Shown: positions 11,820-24,922 of the stretch, piece after piece
Layout: each line of letters opens with the position of its first letter
Numbering within the stretch: position 1 is the first letter of the stretch
NCBI RefSeq assembly: GCF_963921235.1
Contig: NC_086108.1
Coordinates: 30,690,001 to 30,754,000 of the forward strand
DNA length: 64,000 nt
Source of the DNA: Mobula hypostoma
Lineage: Eukaryota
Reading direction: 5' to 3'
Program-made: the position numbers and the translations under genes
Notes under the pieces: generated by a model
What the model was told of the DNA's origin: nothing
Database searches by the model: none
What the model saw: only the letters and a program-made list of their open reading frames with translations

Positions 11820-12330
11820 TCAAAATCAGGTTTAATATCACTGGCATATGTCATGAAATTTGTTAACTTTGGGGCAGCAGTACAATGCAATACATGATAA
11901 ATATAGAAAAAAATTACAGTAACTATATATGCATATTAAATAGTTAAATTAATATAAGTAGTGCAAGAACAGAAATACTAAAGTGGTGAGGTAGTGTTTA
12001 TGCTTTCAATGTCCATTTAGGAATCGGATGGCAGAGGGGAAGAGGCTGTTCCTGAATCACTGAGTGTGTGCCTTCAGGCTTCTGTCCCTCCTTCCTGATG
12101 GTAACAATGAGAAGAGGGCATCTCCTGGGTGCTGGGGGCCCTTAATGATTGACACCATCTTTCTGAGGCACCACTCCTTGAAAATGTCTTGGATATTACG
12201 CAGGCTAGTACTTATGATGGAGCTGACCAATTTGTAGTTTCCTTTGATCCTGTGCAGTAGCCCCCCACCCCCCATTACCAGATGGTGATGCAGCCAATCA
12301 GAATATCCTCCACGGTACATCTGTGGAAGT
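11820..12330 (-). mobile_element. Rex1/Babar 3' fragment
   Basis: CLRKMVSIIKGPQHPGDALFSLLPSGRR followed by a 3' UTR and tail. Confidence 0.8.
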
Positions 12331-12923
12331 TTTCTCAGATTACAAAAGCATCCTGATCACCTGGGCCAGTGGATAGGAATAGCAGATGGAGTTTAAAACA
12401 GATAAATACGCGTTTTGTACTTTGGTAAAGCAAATCAGGGCAGAACTTCACTACCTTCATTCCAGAGGTGAAAGTTAGATCAGGGCAGCACTTCCCATTT
12501 AATTCTCCAACCGGGAAAATACAGGGAACCTGTGGTCAGAGAGAAGAAGCTATAGACTGTCTGAAAGGAAACACATGGAAATTAAACACAATAGCACAAA
12601 TGCTCTGCATATGATGAGCAAGAAAATTTGCTTTGATTGATAAATTATTGTATCATAACTGAACATTATGGAGTTATGGAGAAATCTGTTTATTGTGGGT
12701 TTTGAAAAAAAATGTAGCATAACAGTAAAATTTGATTTTTGCGAGGGTTTGGGGCACACTATGGATTATATTGGCTTTGCTGTAAGATTGCTGCTTACTG
12801 CATCTCCTCTTGTGGTAGTTTCTGACTAAATTGTTGGTCTGTGCCGACTTCTTCTCGTCTCTGATCAAAGTCCTCTCTTGCCATCAGGTGGAATCAACTC
12901 TAAACTTTACTACAAGTCTTCTC

Positions 12924-13790
12924 AAAGTTCAAAATTCAAAGTAAATTTATTACATACTATCCTGAAATTCATTTTCTTGCAGGCATTCAGTGTAGAACAA
13001 AGAAGTACAATAGAATCAATGAAAAACTACACACAAGCAAAGACTGACAAACAACTAATGTGCAAAAGAAAACAACCCCAGCAAACACAAATAAAAAGAC
13101 AAGTAATACTGAGAAGGTGAGTTGTAGAGTCACTGAAAGTGGAATCAGTTCATTGTTGAGGTGATTGAGCTTATCCATCCTGTTTCAGGAGCCTGATGGT
13201 TGAAGGGTAATAACTGTTCCAGAACCTGGTGGCATGGGACCTTAGACACATCTACCTACTTCCTGATGACAGCAGTGAATAGGGAGCATGGTCTGGATGG
13301 TGGGGGCCCTTTATAATAGATACAGCTTTCTTGTGCCAGCATTCCTTGTAGATGTGCTCAGTGGTGATGAGAGCTTTTCCTGTGATGGATTGGGCTGCAT
13401 CAACAACTTTTTGTAGGCTTTTCCATTCCTGGGCATTGGTGTTTCCATACCAGGCCGTGATGCAACCAGTCAGGATACTCTCCACTGTATATCTACAGAG
13501 GTGTGTCGAAGTTTTAGATGACATGCTAAATCCGCAAAAACTTCTAAGAAAGTAAAAGAACTGTCATGCCTTCTTTGAATGACACTTACGTACTGCTCTG
13601 AAATGATAATGCGAAGGAACTTAAAGTTACTATTCCTCTCATCCTCCAATCCCCTAATGAGGACTGACTCATGGACCTCCAGTTTCTTACTCCTGTAGTA
13701 TTTGGTTTTGGTGGCATTGAGTGAGAGGTTGTTATTGTGGCATCATTCAACCAGACTTTTAATCTCCTTCCTATATGCCGATTTGTCACC
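12924..13790 (-). mobile_element. Rex1/Babar 3' fragment
   Basis: TVESILTGCITAWYGN...SIIKGPHHPDHAPYSLLSSGSR with a TTTGAA-type tail. Confidence 0.85.
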
Positions 13791-14369
13791 AGCACAATGG
13801 CTCTTTGTGGGGAATGTGGGGACTGAAGATTAGGAGCATGTGGGAGGATGGAGAGATGAGCTGTGGGATGCTGAGGTAGTTGAGGAGGGAGAAATTATAT
13901 TGTTCAAAGCACAGCAGTTGTATTAGCCTAAGGACAGCAAAATTCTATTTGATGGATTGAGCACCAGAACTATCACTCCATCAAGATACTGCAAGCTTTG
14001 CGTTTCCTTTTCATAACTCATCAGATATCCCAGATGGTAGGATTTCATGGGTAGCTGACTTTAATGAACAATGACCTGTGTCCTCTTTATTATCCCACTG
14101 TGAAGCCCAAGTAGGGAAATTCATCTGTTGTTATGTTTAGAGTTACTGAGCAGGTTGTATGTTTCAGATAGTAGATATCATAACATTTAATGACAGAGCC
14201 TTCTCTGTGGTCAGAGATGTTTCTTGAATTGATTGAAAGAGGTGGGGGAGTTCTATCTGATCCTCTTTAACTGCTTCCTCATTATGGAGATAAAAGGAGA
14301 TAGACTTTTAAATATAACTGGTGGAATCGAGGTAGCTTCTTTCCGTGTGCCTGAAATGTAGATATTCTT

Positions 14370-15235
14370 CTTCTCCATCTACAATTATGACTGTGTGGCG
14401 AACTCAACTCAAATGGCATTGATAAATTTGGCAAGGACACCACTGCTGTTTGCAGAATCTCAGATGGTGATGTGAAGGCGCATCAGAGTGAGATAAAGTG
14501 ATATCGCAGCAACAACCCTGCACTCAGTGTCAGCCAGACCTAGAAACTGATTGTGCACTTCAGGAAGGGGAAGTTAGGAGAACACATACCAGTCCTGATT
14601 GAGGGGTCGGCGGTAGAAAGGATGAGCATATTCAAGATTATGGGCATCAACATCTCAGAGGATCGATCCTGGGTGCAATACATTGATGAAATTATGAAGA
14701 AGGCATGCCAGCGGTTGTACTTTATTAAGAGTTTGAGGAGATTTGGCATGCCACCAAAGTCTCTTACAAATTTGTATAGTTGTAGAGTGGGAAGTATTCT
14801 GATTAGTTGCATCATAGCTTGGTGTGATGTGTCCAAAGCAGAGTATTGCAAGGTGCTGCAGACAGCTGTAGACTCAGCCAGTTCCATCTTGGGTACAACC
14901 CTCCCCACTAGCAAGAACAATTAAGGGGCAGTGTCTCAATAAAGCAGCATCCATCATTAAGGACATTCACCATCCAGATCATGCCCTCTTCTCAATTCTA
15001 CCATCTGAGAAGAGGTACCGGAGCCTGAAGACACATATTCAATGATTTATGAACAGATTCTTCCGATCTGCCATCCAATTTCTGAATGGCTCATTAACCT
15101 ACGAACACGACCTTGATATTCCTTTCTATCACAATTGTATTTATTTTTATAACCTGCAGATTTAAAATTTTTGCATTGCACTGCTACCTCAGAATACAAT
15201 ATCATTTCAAATGATACGTCAGTGATAATAAATCT
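14370..15235 (+). mobile_element. Rex1/Babar 3' fragment
   Basis: HFRKG...MGINISED...KKACQRLYFIKSLRRFG...SCIIAW, ending in gtcagtgataataaatct. Confidence 0.85.
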
Positions 15236-16376
15236 CTACTTTTCTATTGATTCTATCACATTTTCTCTTTTTGCTGCGGGAAGAATGCACAGAGGGAGTT
15301 GCAGGTGCTGGGTAGATTGCATACAGTCTTGTTGAACTCTGGTAGAGAGGAGAGGGATGAAGAACTGCTTCAGTGTTAAAAGAGAGAAGATATTTAAACA
15401 AGACGGCATGTCACATGACCAGAACGTAACTGCTTCCTGTGGTTACCAGACAAATTCTTTCATACGTAAATGGACTTTGGATCTAACCAACCAACAATCA
15501 TTTTCTATAGCCATTAAGAGTCTACAGTTTAGACACTGATATTTGTATGATTAGATAAAGACATTATTAAAATAAGTTTATTTGTACCTTCACGAGACTG
15601 TTGCACACTCAGTGTTTTGGCAATCTGCCTGGGTGCACTATACTGCAAAGGACGTAGAGGCGTCCTTGGGCTAATGCCAGGGCAATGCAGTAAAAATGAT
15701 AGCAATCAGGCATTAAAAACTCATTTGCTTAGTTTAATGCACAGATGGGGAAAACAATTGAGGTTAAATTATCTTAAGTAATCTTTAGAAGGGCCAAATA
15801 CTGGAAAATAAACAGACAAAGAATTTTGATTGTCGCAAAGATTATCATAGATGCCACATAATGGAAAGAAATAGAAAGTCCACTAAAATTCTGACTTCAG
15901 TTATTTAAATTAAATATTGTTGCAGCAAGAGGGATCAGAGAAACCAGATAATTATAAACCATAGTTCAATCTTGGACAGTTGATGAAAAAATCGTGCGAG
16001 CACACAGATATAACCTGACACCATGGGGGTGTTTCCAAGAAAGGTATCGAGAGCTACACTGTAAATGGTGGCATTCGATTATATTTTTTGAGCAAACTAG
16101 TGGGCCTATAGATAGTGAATTCATCTGGATATGAGGGAATTCATCCTAGGGTACTGAACGAAATGGCTGAAGTTACAACAGAGATAAGTGATAATTTACC
16201 AAAATTCTCATGGCTCTGGGCAGGTCCCTGTAGACTGGAAAATAACAAACATCATATGATTGTTTGTAAAAAGATGTAATCAAGACGCAGGTAACTATAG
16301 GCCAATTAGCTTAACATTTGTAGTTGGGAAATTGCTTTAAGCTATCATTAAGGAAGAAAGGCAAAACATCTGGATA

Positions 16377-18136
16377 GAAGCAACACACACAAAATGCTGG
16401 AGGAACTCAGCAGGCCAGGCAGCATCGATGGAAAAGAGTACACATGACGTTTCGGGCTGAGACCCTTCATCAAGACTGGAAAAAAAGGATGAAGAGTCAG
16501 AGAAAGGAAGTATTGGGAGGGAAGGAAGAACCACAAGCTGATTGATAAAACTGGGGGGGGGGGGGCAGTGGTGGTGAAGGAAAGAGCTGGGAAGTTGATT
16601 AGTGAAAGGGCTGGAGAAGGGGGGAGTCTGATAGGAGAGGACAGAAGTCCATAGAAGAAAGAAAAAGGAGAGGAGCACCAGAGGGTGCTGATAAGGTGAG
16701 AGAGGGAAATGGGAGTGGGGAATGCTGAAGGGGGATATTACTGGAAGTTTGAGAAATCAATGTTCATGCCATCAGGCTAGAGTCTACCCAGAAGGAATAT
16801 AAGGTGTTGCTCCTCCAACCTGAGTGTGGCCTCATCGTGATAGTGGAGAAGGCCATGGACTGACATGTTGGAATGGGAATGGGAAGTGGAAATAAAATGG
16901 GTGGCCACTGGGAGATCCCATTTTTTTCTGGCAGATGGAGTGCAGATGTTCGGCGAAGTGGTCTCTCAATCTGCACTGAGTCTCACCAATGTACCGGAGG
17001 TCCATCAGTAGCATCGGATACAGTAGGTGACCCCAATAGACTCACAGGTGAAGTTTGCCTCACCTGGCAGGACTCTTTAGGGCTCTGAATGGTATTGAAG
17101 GAGGAGGTGTAGGGCAGGTGAATCACTTGTTCCCCTTGCAAGGTTAAGTGCCAGAAGGGATATCAGTGGGAAGGGATGAACAGACAAGGGAGTCACACAG
17201 GGAATGATCCCTGCAGAAAGCAGAAAGGGGTGGGGAGGGAAAGATGTGTTTGGAAGTGGGATCCCGCTGGAGTTGGTGGAGGTTACAGAGCACTATGTGC
17301 TGCATCCAGAGGCTGGTGGGGAGGTAGGCGAGGACAAGAGGAACCCTATCCCTGATGAGGTGGTAGATGAATGGGGTGAGGGGAGAGGGGAGATGTGTGC
17401 GAAATAGAAGAGATGTGGTTGAGGGCAGCATTGAAGGTGGAGGAAGGAAAGCCCTTTCTTTGAAGATGGAGAACACCTCCTTAGTTCTCGACTGAAACAC
17501 CTCATCCTGATAGCAGATGTGGTGGAGATGGAGTAATTGAGAGAAGGAGATGGTGCTTTCACAAGTAATAGGGTGGGAAGAGATATTGTCCAGGTAGCTG
17601 TGAGAATCTGTGGATTTATAATAAACATCAGTAGATAAGCTGTCTCCAGAGATAGAGACAGAATGATCAAGAAAGGGAGGAGAGGTGTCAGAAATGGATT
17701 AGGTAAATTTAAGGGTGTGGTAGAAGGTGATGAAGTTGACGTGCTCCATGTGGGTGCAGGAAGCAGCACTAATGCAGTCATTGATGTAGCGTAGGAAGAG
17801 TTGGGGAGCAATACTAATGCAGGCTTGGAACATGGACTGTTCCACGTAGCTGACAAACAAGGAGGCACCGCTGGGATCCATGCAAATGTCCATTGCAAAC
17901 CTTTTGTGTGGAAGAAGTGGGAGGAACCGAAAGGGAAATTATTAAGAGTTAGGACAAGTTCTGCCTGATGGAAGAGAGTGGTAGTTGAGGGGAACTGGTT
18001 GAGTTTGGTGTCCAGAAAAAACAAAGACCTTTGAGGCCTTCCTGGTAGAGGGTGGCGGTGTATAGAGACTGGACATCCATGGTGAAAATAAAATGATCGG
18101 GGCCAGGGATCTTGAAATCATTGAAAAGATTCAGAG
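16377..18136 (-). mobile_element. Penelope-like element, 5'-truncated: RT C-terminal part, GIY-YIG endonuclease and pLTR
   Basis: AELVLTLNNFPFGSSHF, FLRYINDCI (YIDD-like), RDRVPLVLAY, RYIGETQCRLRDHFAEHL. Hammerhead-like motif at about 16445-16478. Confidence 0.9.
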
Positions 18137-18970
18137 CATCCAGATATAAGTGGTTTCATCAGGCATGGATTCAGGAAGGACAGGTGCTGTTTGACACACT
18201 TACTGGAGTTCTTTGAGGAAATAATGTGCACAATGGATAGAGAAGAACAGTGGATATTGTATTCTTGGATTTCCAGATTGATAAAGTGCCACATAGAAGA
18301 CTTAACTGTAAGATAAAGATATTTGGAATTGGAGGTAACAGTTATCAGATTAGTTAAATTATAGAAGTGAGAGAGTTGGGAATAGATGGGTGTTTCTGCG
18401 TTTAATAACCAGTGGTGAGTGAAGCACTGCAGAGGTTAGTGTTGGGCCTGCAATGTTTCATATTATAAATTAACTGTATGGAAGCAGGGAACAAATGTAG
18501 GATATCTATGTTTGCTGGTGACACTAATTGAGTGGAAAAACAAACTGCAGCAGATGTGGAGGGTCCACAGGGAGATACAGATAGGTTAAGTTAATGGACA
18601 AGGGTGCGGTAGATGGAGTACAATGCTGGTAAATGGAAGGTCACACACACTGGAAGGAAGAATAGAAGATTAGATTATTATTTAAGTGCTTAACAATTGC
18701 CATATGCTGTTGTGCAGAAGGACTTGTGCATGAGTTGTAAAGCGTTAGTTTGTCTGTGCAACAAGATGTCAAGAAGGCAAATAGAATGTTGGCCTCCATA
18801 GCTAAAGGGATGGTATTGAAAAGGAGGGAGGTTATACTTCGACTGTGCGGGGTAATGAGGAGGTCACGCTTGAGGTACTGTGTGTAGTTCTAGTCTTCTA
18901 ACTTAAGAAAATACATACTTGCTTTGAAAGCAGTGTAGAGGATGTTCACCACATTCATTCCAGAGATAAG

Positions 18971-21900
18971 CAGTGGCCAATCAGTGATTGGAAGCATGAG
19001 AGGGCGTGGGTCACTCAAGCTCACTGACTGAATATGTCAGGCATTGTTTCATGGCAGTTTGGTATTTTGAGCAATGGCCAGTTAGCGATCTGGAGAGTGA
19101 GAAGATGTAGCTCACACAGGTTCGCCAGCTGAGTACATAAGGCATTGATTCGCAGCAGTCTGGTGTTTTGAGCAACAACCAATCAGCGATCAGGATTGAT
19201 TGGCAAAAGCAAATTAAAATAAGGCAGGAACAAGCAGAGCAGCATTGCTGGAGCAGCCTTTGTTGGAATAGACAGTGTTAGAGTGGTTATTTGAGGCTTT
19301 AGCTCTGAGGTTTCAGTGAGGTGGGGGTATGAGTGAAGAAGTGAAAAAGCTGTAGGTAGATTTGTGTTTTTCCTTCCTTATATATTTGCACAGGTAGAAC
19401 AGCAGCGATGTCAGGCAGGGTAGTTCAATGCCCCTTTGCAAGAAGTGGGAAAGCAGGGAAACCTCCAGTGTCTCTCATGACTTACTTGCAAGAAGTGTAT
19501 CCAGCTGCTGCTTCTAACACACTGCATTAGGGAGTTGGAGCTGGAACTGGACGAACTCTGAATCATTCAGGAGGCTAAGGGGGTGGTAGGTAGGATATAT
19601 ATAGAGAGGTAGTTCCACCCAAGGTACAGGACACAGGAAACTGGGTGGAGTCAGGAAGGGGAGAGGGGCTAAACAGCCAGTGCAGAGTACCCCGTTACTG
19701 TTGGGAGGGTGGAAAATAGCCTAACAGAAGAAAGTCATAGTGGTCAGGTCTCTGGCTTTGGGTCTGGCTCTGTGATTCAGGAGGGAAGGGGAGAAAAGAG
19801 GTGAGCAGTGGTAATGGGCAATTCATTATTTAGGGGAACAGAAAGGAGGTTCTGTGGATGAGAATGAGATTCCCGGATCATATGTTGTCTCCCAGGTGCC
19901 AGGATCTGGGACATCTTGGATTGAGTCCTCAACATTCCTAAGTGGGAGTGTGAGCAGCCAGAGTTTGTGGTCCATGTAAGTACTGATGACATAGGTAGGA
20001 AAAGGGATGAAGTTCTGCAAAGTGAGTTCAGGGAGTTGGGTGCCAAGTTAAAGGACAAGACCTTAGGGATTGTGACCTCAGGATTGATACCCATGCCACG
20101 TGCTAGGGAGGACAGAAGTAGGAAGATCAACACACACAAAATGCTGGAGGAATTCAGCAGACTGAGTTCCTCCAGTATTTTGCGTGTCTTGATCGGATTT
20201 CAGGCATCTGCAGATTTTCTCTTGTTTGTGAGTAAGAAGATCATACAGCTTAACATGTGGCTAAGGAGGTGGTGTAGGATGGAAGGTGAGGATTTTTGGA
20301 TCATTGGGATCTCGTCGAGGGAAGATGGGACCTGTACAGAAGAGACAGCTTACACCTGAACTGGAGGGGGCTAAAATCGTGGAGGGAAGATTTGCTGGTG
20401 CTGCTTGGGGAGGTTTAAATTAGAGTTGTATAGGGATGGGAACCAGAGCGTTAGAACAGATAGCTGAGAGACTGTGGAGACAGATGTCGTTAAGACCTCA
20501 GACAAAATCAAAATCAAAAGGTCGAGTGTAGTGCAACTTATGTACTGAGTGCATATAGTTCAATGCAAGAAGTATTGTAGGAAAGGCAAATAGGTTCAGA
20601 GCATGGATCAACACATTAAATTATGATATTGTAGCCATTAGTGAATCTTGGTTGCAGGAGGGACAGGAACTAGCAGCTCAATATTCTGGGGTTCCATTGC
20701 TTTAGACACAACAGAGCAGGAGGGATTAAAGGGGGTGAGGTGCAGTTACTAGTCAGTGAAAGTGTCATGACAGTGCTCAGTTAGGACAGACTGGAGAACT
20801 CATCCAGTGAAACGTTATGGGTGAAACTGGGAAGAAAGGTACAACCACGTTAATGGGGCTATGTTTTAGACCACCCAACTGCCAACTGTCCAAGGGATTT
20901 AGAGGAATAAATTTGTAGCGAGGTCACAGACTGTTGCAAGGAGCATAAGATTGTTATAGTAGGTGATTTTATCTTTCAATATATTGACTGGGACACCCAT
21001 ATGTAAAAGTACTGGATGGGATAGAGTTTGTTAAATGTGTTCCGAAAAGTTTCTTTAATCAGTACATAGAAGCCCCAAAGTGAGACTAAGCGATACTTTT
21101 TCTGCTGTTAGGGAATAAGACAGAGAAGGTGACAGAGGTTTGTGTGGGAGGATAATTTGAGTCTAATGATGACAATGCCACTAGTTTCAAAGAAAAAATG
21201 GAAAATGATAGATCTGATCTGCAGGTTGCAATTCTCAACTAGAGAAAGTACAACTTGATGGTATCAGAAAGGATCTGTCAAGTGTGAATTGGAACAGGTT
21301 GTTTTCTGGCAAAAGTGTATTTGATAATTGGGAGGCCTTCAAAAGTAAAATTTTGAGAGTACAAAGCTGGTATATTCCTGTCAGAATAAAAGGTAAAAAT
21401 AATAGGTTTAGGGAACTTTGGTTTTCAAGGGATATTGAAACCCTGGTTAAGAAAAAAAGAGATGCATTGCAGGAATTGGCACGTAGGAACAAATGTAGTG
21501 CTCATGGAGTATAATAACTGAAGAGAACACATAAAGAAAGAAATGAAGAGGGCTAAAAGAAAGCATGAAGTTGCTCCAGCAGACAAGGTGAAGGAGAATC
21601 CTAAGAGATTCTGCAGATATGTTAAGAGAAAAAGGATTGCAAGGGACAAAATTGGTCTTCTGGTAAATCAGAATAGTAATCCATGCATGGAGTCAAAAGA
21701 GATGGGGAGATCGCAAATGCATATTTTTTTTGCAGCTGGAATCAGACATAGAATCTTTAGAAATGAGGCAAAGCAGCAGTAACTTCATGGACCTTATACA
21801 AATTACAGAGGAGGAGGTGTTGCTGTCTTGAAGCAAATTTGGGTGGATAAATCCCCAGGGCCTGACAAGGTGTTCCTTCAAACCCTGTTGGAGACAAATA

Positions 21901-23243
21901 CTGAAATTGCAGGGGCCCAAGCAGAGGTATTTAGATCATCCTCAGTGACGGGTGAGGTGCTGAAGCTAATGTTGTTCCACTGTTTAACAAAGGCTCTAAA
22001 AACAAATCAAGAAATTATAGGCCTGTGATCCTGACATGAGTAGTGGGGAAGTTGTTGGAAGATATTCTAAGGGACTGGATATAAAGGTATTTGAATAGAT
22101 GGCTTTGTGCATGATAGGTCATGTCTAACCAATCTTATAGAGTTTTTGAGGAAGCTATCAGGAAACGATGAAATTAAGGGAGTGGATGTTGTCCACGTGG
22201 TCTTTAACAAGGAATTTGACATCCCATGTGGGAGATAGGTCAGGAAAGTTCAGTCGCTTGGCATTCAAGATGATGTAATAAATTAGATTAGACATTGGCT
22301 TTGTGGTGGCAGCCAAAGAATGGTAGTAGATGGTTGCCTTTCCGGCCAGAGGTGTGTGACTAGTGGAGTGCTGCATGGATCAGTGCTGGGTCAATTGTTG
22401 TTTAGCATCTGTATCAATGATCTGGATGATAATGTGGTTAACTGGAGATAGAATTTAATTTCAGTAGGACTAACCAGGGTAGGTCTGACGCAGGGAATGG
22501 TAGGACACTGAGGAGTGCTGTAGAGCAAAGGAATCTTGGGATACAGGTTGATAATTCATTGAAAGTAGCAGCACAGGTCGATAGGGTTGTAAAGAAAGCC
22601 TTTAGCACATTGGCATTCATAAATCAAAGAATTGAGCGCAAGAGATGGAATATTATGTTGAAGTTGTGTAAGACATTGGTGAGGCCTAATATGGATTATT
22701 GTGTGCAGCTTTCATCACCAACCTACAGGAAAAATGTAAGTAAGATTGAAAGAGTACAGAGAAAATTTACAAGGATGTTGCCGGGACTAGAGGACCTGAG
22801 TTATAAGGAAAGATTGAGTAGGTAAGGACTTTATTCCTTCGCACATAGAAGACTAAGGAAAGATTTGACAGAGATATACCAAATTAGGAGGGGTGTAATA
22901 GGGTAAATATAAGCAGGCTTGTTCCACTGAGGTTGGGTGGGACTACAACTAGACATCATGGGTTAAGAGTGAAAGGTGAAAAGTTTAAAGAGAACATGAG
23001 GGGAAACTTCTTCACTCAGAGGGTCTTGAGAGTGTGGAATGAGCTGCTAGCACAAGTGGTGCATGTGAGCTCAATTTCAACATTTTTGAGGTTTGGATAG
23101 GTACATGGCTAGTAGGGGTATGAATGGCTATGGTCCAGGTGCATATCAATGGGAGTTGGCAGTTTAAATGGTTCAACATGGACTAGATGTGCCAAATGGC
23201 CTTTTTCTGTGATGGACTTTTCCTTGACTCTATGACTCTATAA
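18971..23243 (+). mobile_element. Near full-length CR1 LINE: 5' UTR, ORF1 (zinc finger + SGNH esterase-like), ORF2 (APE + RT); decayed
   Basis: About 101-bp duplicated unit in the 5' UTR (19040 / 19141). ORF1 has CCLPGAR and VVHVSTDDIGRK. ORF2 has FNARSI, VIVGDF, KENPKRFCRYVK, KSPGPD, INDLD and KTLVRPNMDYCVQ. Tail tgactctatgactcta. Confidence 0.9.
20130..20230. mobile_element. 101-bp fold-back Penelope pLTR mini-insertion in CR1 ORF1
   Basis: Inverted arms acacacaaaatgctggaggaattcag / ctgagttcctccagtattttgcgtgt. 13-bp TSD agtaggaagatca (20117-20129) / agtaagaagatca (20231-20243). Confidence 0.85.
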
Positions 23244-24221
23244 AGGGGTTATCATATTAGGGTCGCTTAAGACTTTACTTGCTGGAGTTCAGTAGAATGA
23301 GAGGGGATCTAATGGAACCATATAAAATTATGAAAGGGATAGATAAGATAGAGGCAGGGAAGTTGTTTCCACTTGTAGATGAGACTAGGACAAAGGGACG
23401 TAGCCTCAAGGTTTGGAGGAGTAGATTCAGGATGGAGTTGCGAAGGAGCTATTTTTCTCAGAGTAGTGAATCTGTAGAATTCTCTGCCCAGGAAAGCAGT
23501 AAAAGCTGCTTTATTGAAAATACTTAACACACTGTTAAATCGAATCTTGCATTGTAGGGAAATTAAGGATTATGGGGAAGAGGCACTTTAGTGGAGCTGA
23601 GTTCACGGCCAGATCAGCCATCGTATCGAAGGGCTGAGGAAGCTCAATGAACCAGATAGCTTACTCATACTCTTAGTTATTGTGTTATTATGTTCCTATG
23701 TATGCCTTTCCCTTCTCTTCTTAACACCATGTCCTCTAGTTTTAGACTCCTCTACCTTGGGAAAATGTTCAATTTCAAGTTTATTATCATTTGGCAGTAC
23801 ATATATACAAACAAATAAAACAATATTCCTCTGGACCATGATGCACCCATAATACACAGATCACACACAACACATAAAACAAAATACGGTGGATTCTGGT
23901 TAATTGAGAGACATCAGACCAGTACATTTTGGCCCAAATAGGTGGCTGCCCCAATTAGCCAGTTTCATGGAAATATATTTTAAAAAGCATAAAAAAAGAC
24001 AAACTACTGTTTACCTGAGTAACAAATTAGGTATTTAAATGAAATACAGGACAAATTAGAACACTACCAATACCATTGGTGGTTGTCCATCACATCTGAC
24101 GATGGCAGGAAATCTGTGCGGGAGAGTTTTTAAAGAGGAAAATCCATTGCACTGGAGCAGTTCCGCTCTCTCAATTGCGGAAGTCCGTGTCCAGTGAGAC
24201 AAGTAGACATCATAACTGGGG

Positions 24222-24398
24222 CAAACACGAGGAATTCTGCAGATGCTGGAAATACAAGCAACACACATCAAAGTTGCTGGTGAATGCAGCAGGCCAGGCA
24301 GCATCTCTAGGAAGAGGTACAGTCGACGTTTCAGGCCAAGACCCTTCGTCCTGATGAAGGGTCTCGGCCTGAAATGTCGACTGTACCTCTTCCTAGAG
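24222..24398. mobile_element. 177-bp fold-back Penelope pLTR mini-insertion
   Basis: Perfect 13-bp TSD atcataactgggg (24209-24221 / 24399-24411). Palindrome at about 24303-24400. Confidence 0.9.
24348..24381 (+). ncRNA. Minimal type I hammerhead ribozyme motif (Penelope pLTR)
   Basis: gtc-CTGATGA-agg(gtctcgg)cct-GAAA-tGTC-gac: stem I gtc/gac, stem II agg/cct, GUC cleavage triplet and a minimal stem III. Confidence 0.7.
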
Positions 24399-24922
24399 AT
24401 CATAACTGGGGTCTTTTTTTGTTGCAGTGGATGACCATGGCTCCTCCTGTGCCTCACCATGCTCTTTACTCTCCACGTCACTTTGCAGAACTGCCTTCCT
24501 GTCCATTGGATCCCACTGCAGACCTCACCTGCCTAGTCCACCAAAGCTGATTTTGCGCGCTGGGACAGGCATATCCCTATCTCACTGGGGTCTGAGACCT
24601 GCTGGCTACCCTCACCTGGTTCAGACCACTTGTCCAAGCAGTGTACCAGGGTGAGGCCGCTGTCACATGCAAACAGATGCTTGCAGCCACAGGTGAGAAC
24701 TGAGTGCCTGGTAGGGACCAAAGATGACATTCAAGATGGTGGTCAATACCTCCAAATACTTTGTAATCTAGTGAAATCGTTTCACTTTCCCTCCTAGCTG
24801 TTTCTAGCATTTCCAAGTTTGAATGATTGAAACTGCAATGAGTAAAAGAGTTCTGGGTTGTCTTACTGCTTACCTCTCACTGAAAAATAGCGAGAACACA
24901 AATGACACTATTTTAAAACTGT

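Larger units (their letters stand above)
16125..23700 (+). mobile_element. Old CR1 LINE 3' half in three pieces (about 16125-16376, 18137-18970, 23244-23700), split by a Penelope and a second CR1
   Basis: RT motifs continue across both insertions: NYRPISLT (16292), HGFRKDRCCLTHLLEFFEE (18165) and RMRGDLMEPYKIMKG (23295). Confidence 0.75.

Noticed and set aside
12789-12884. Minus-strand MAREDFDQRREE...EEMQ* as a terminal exon
   Set aside because: An in-frame stop lies just upstream and there is no convincing acceptor.
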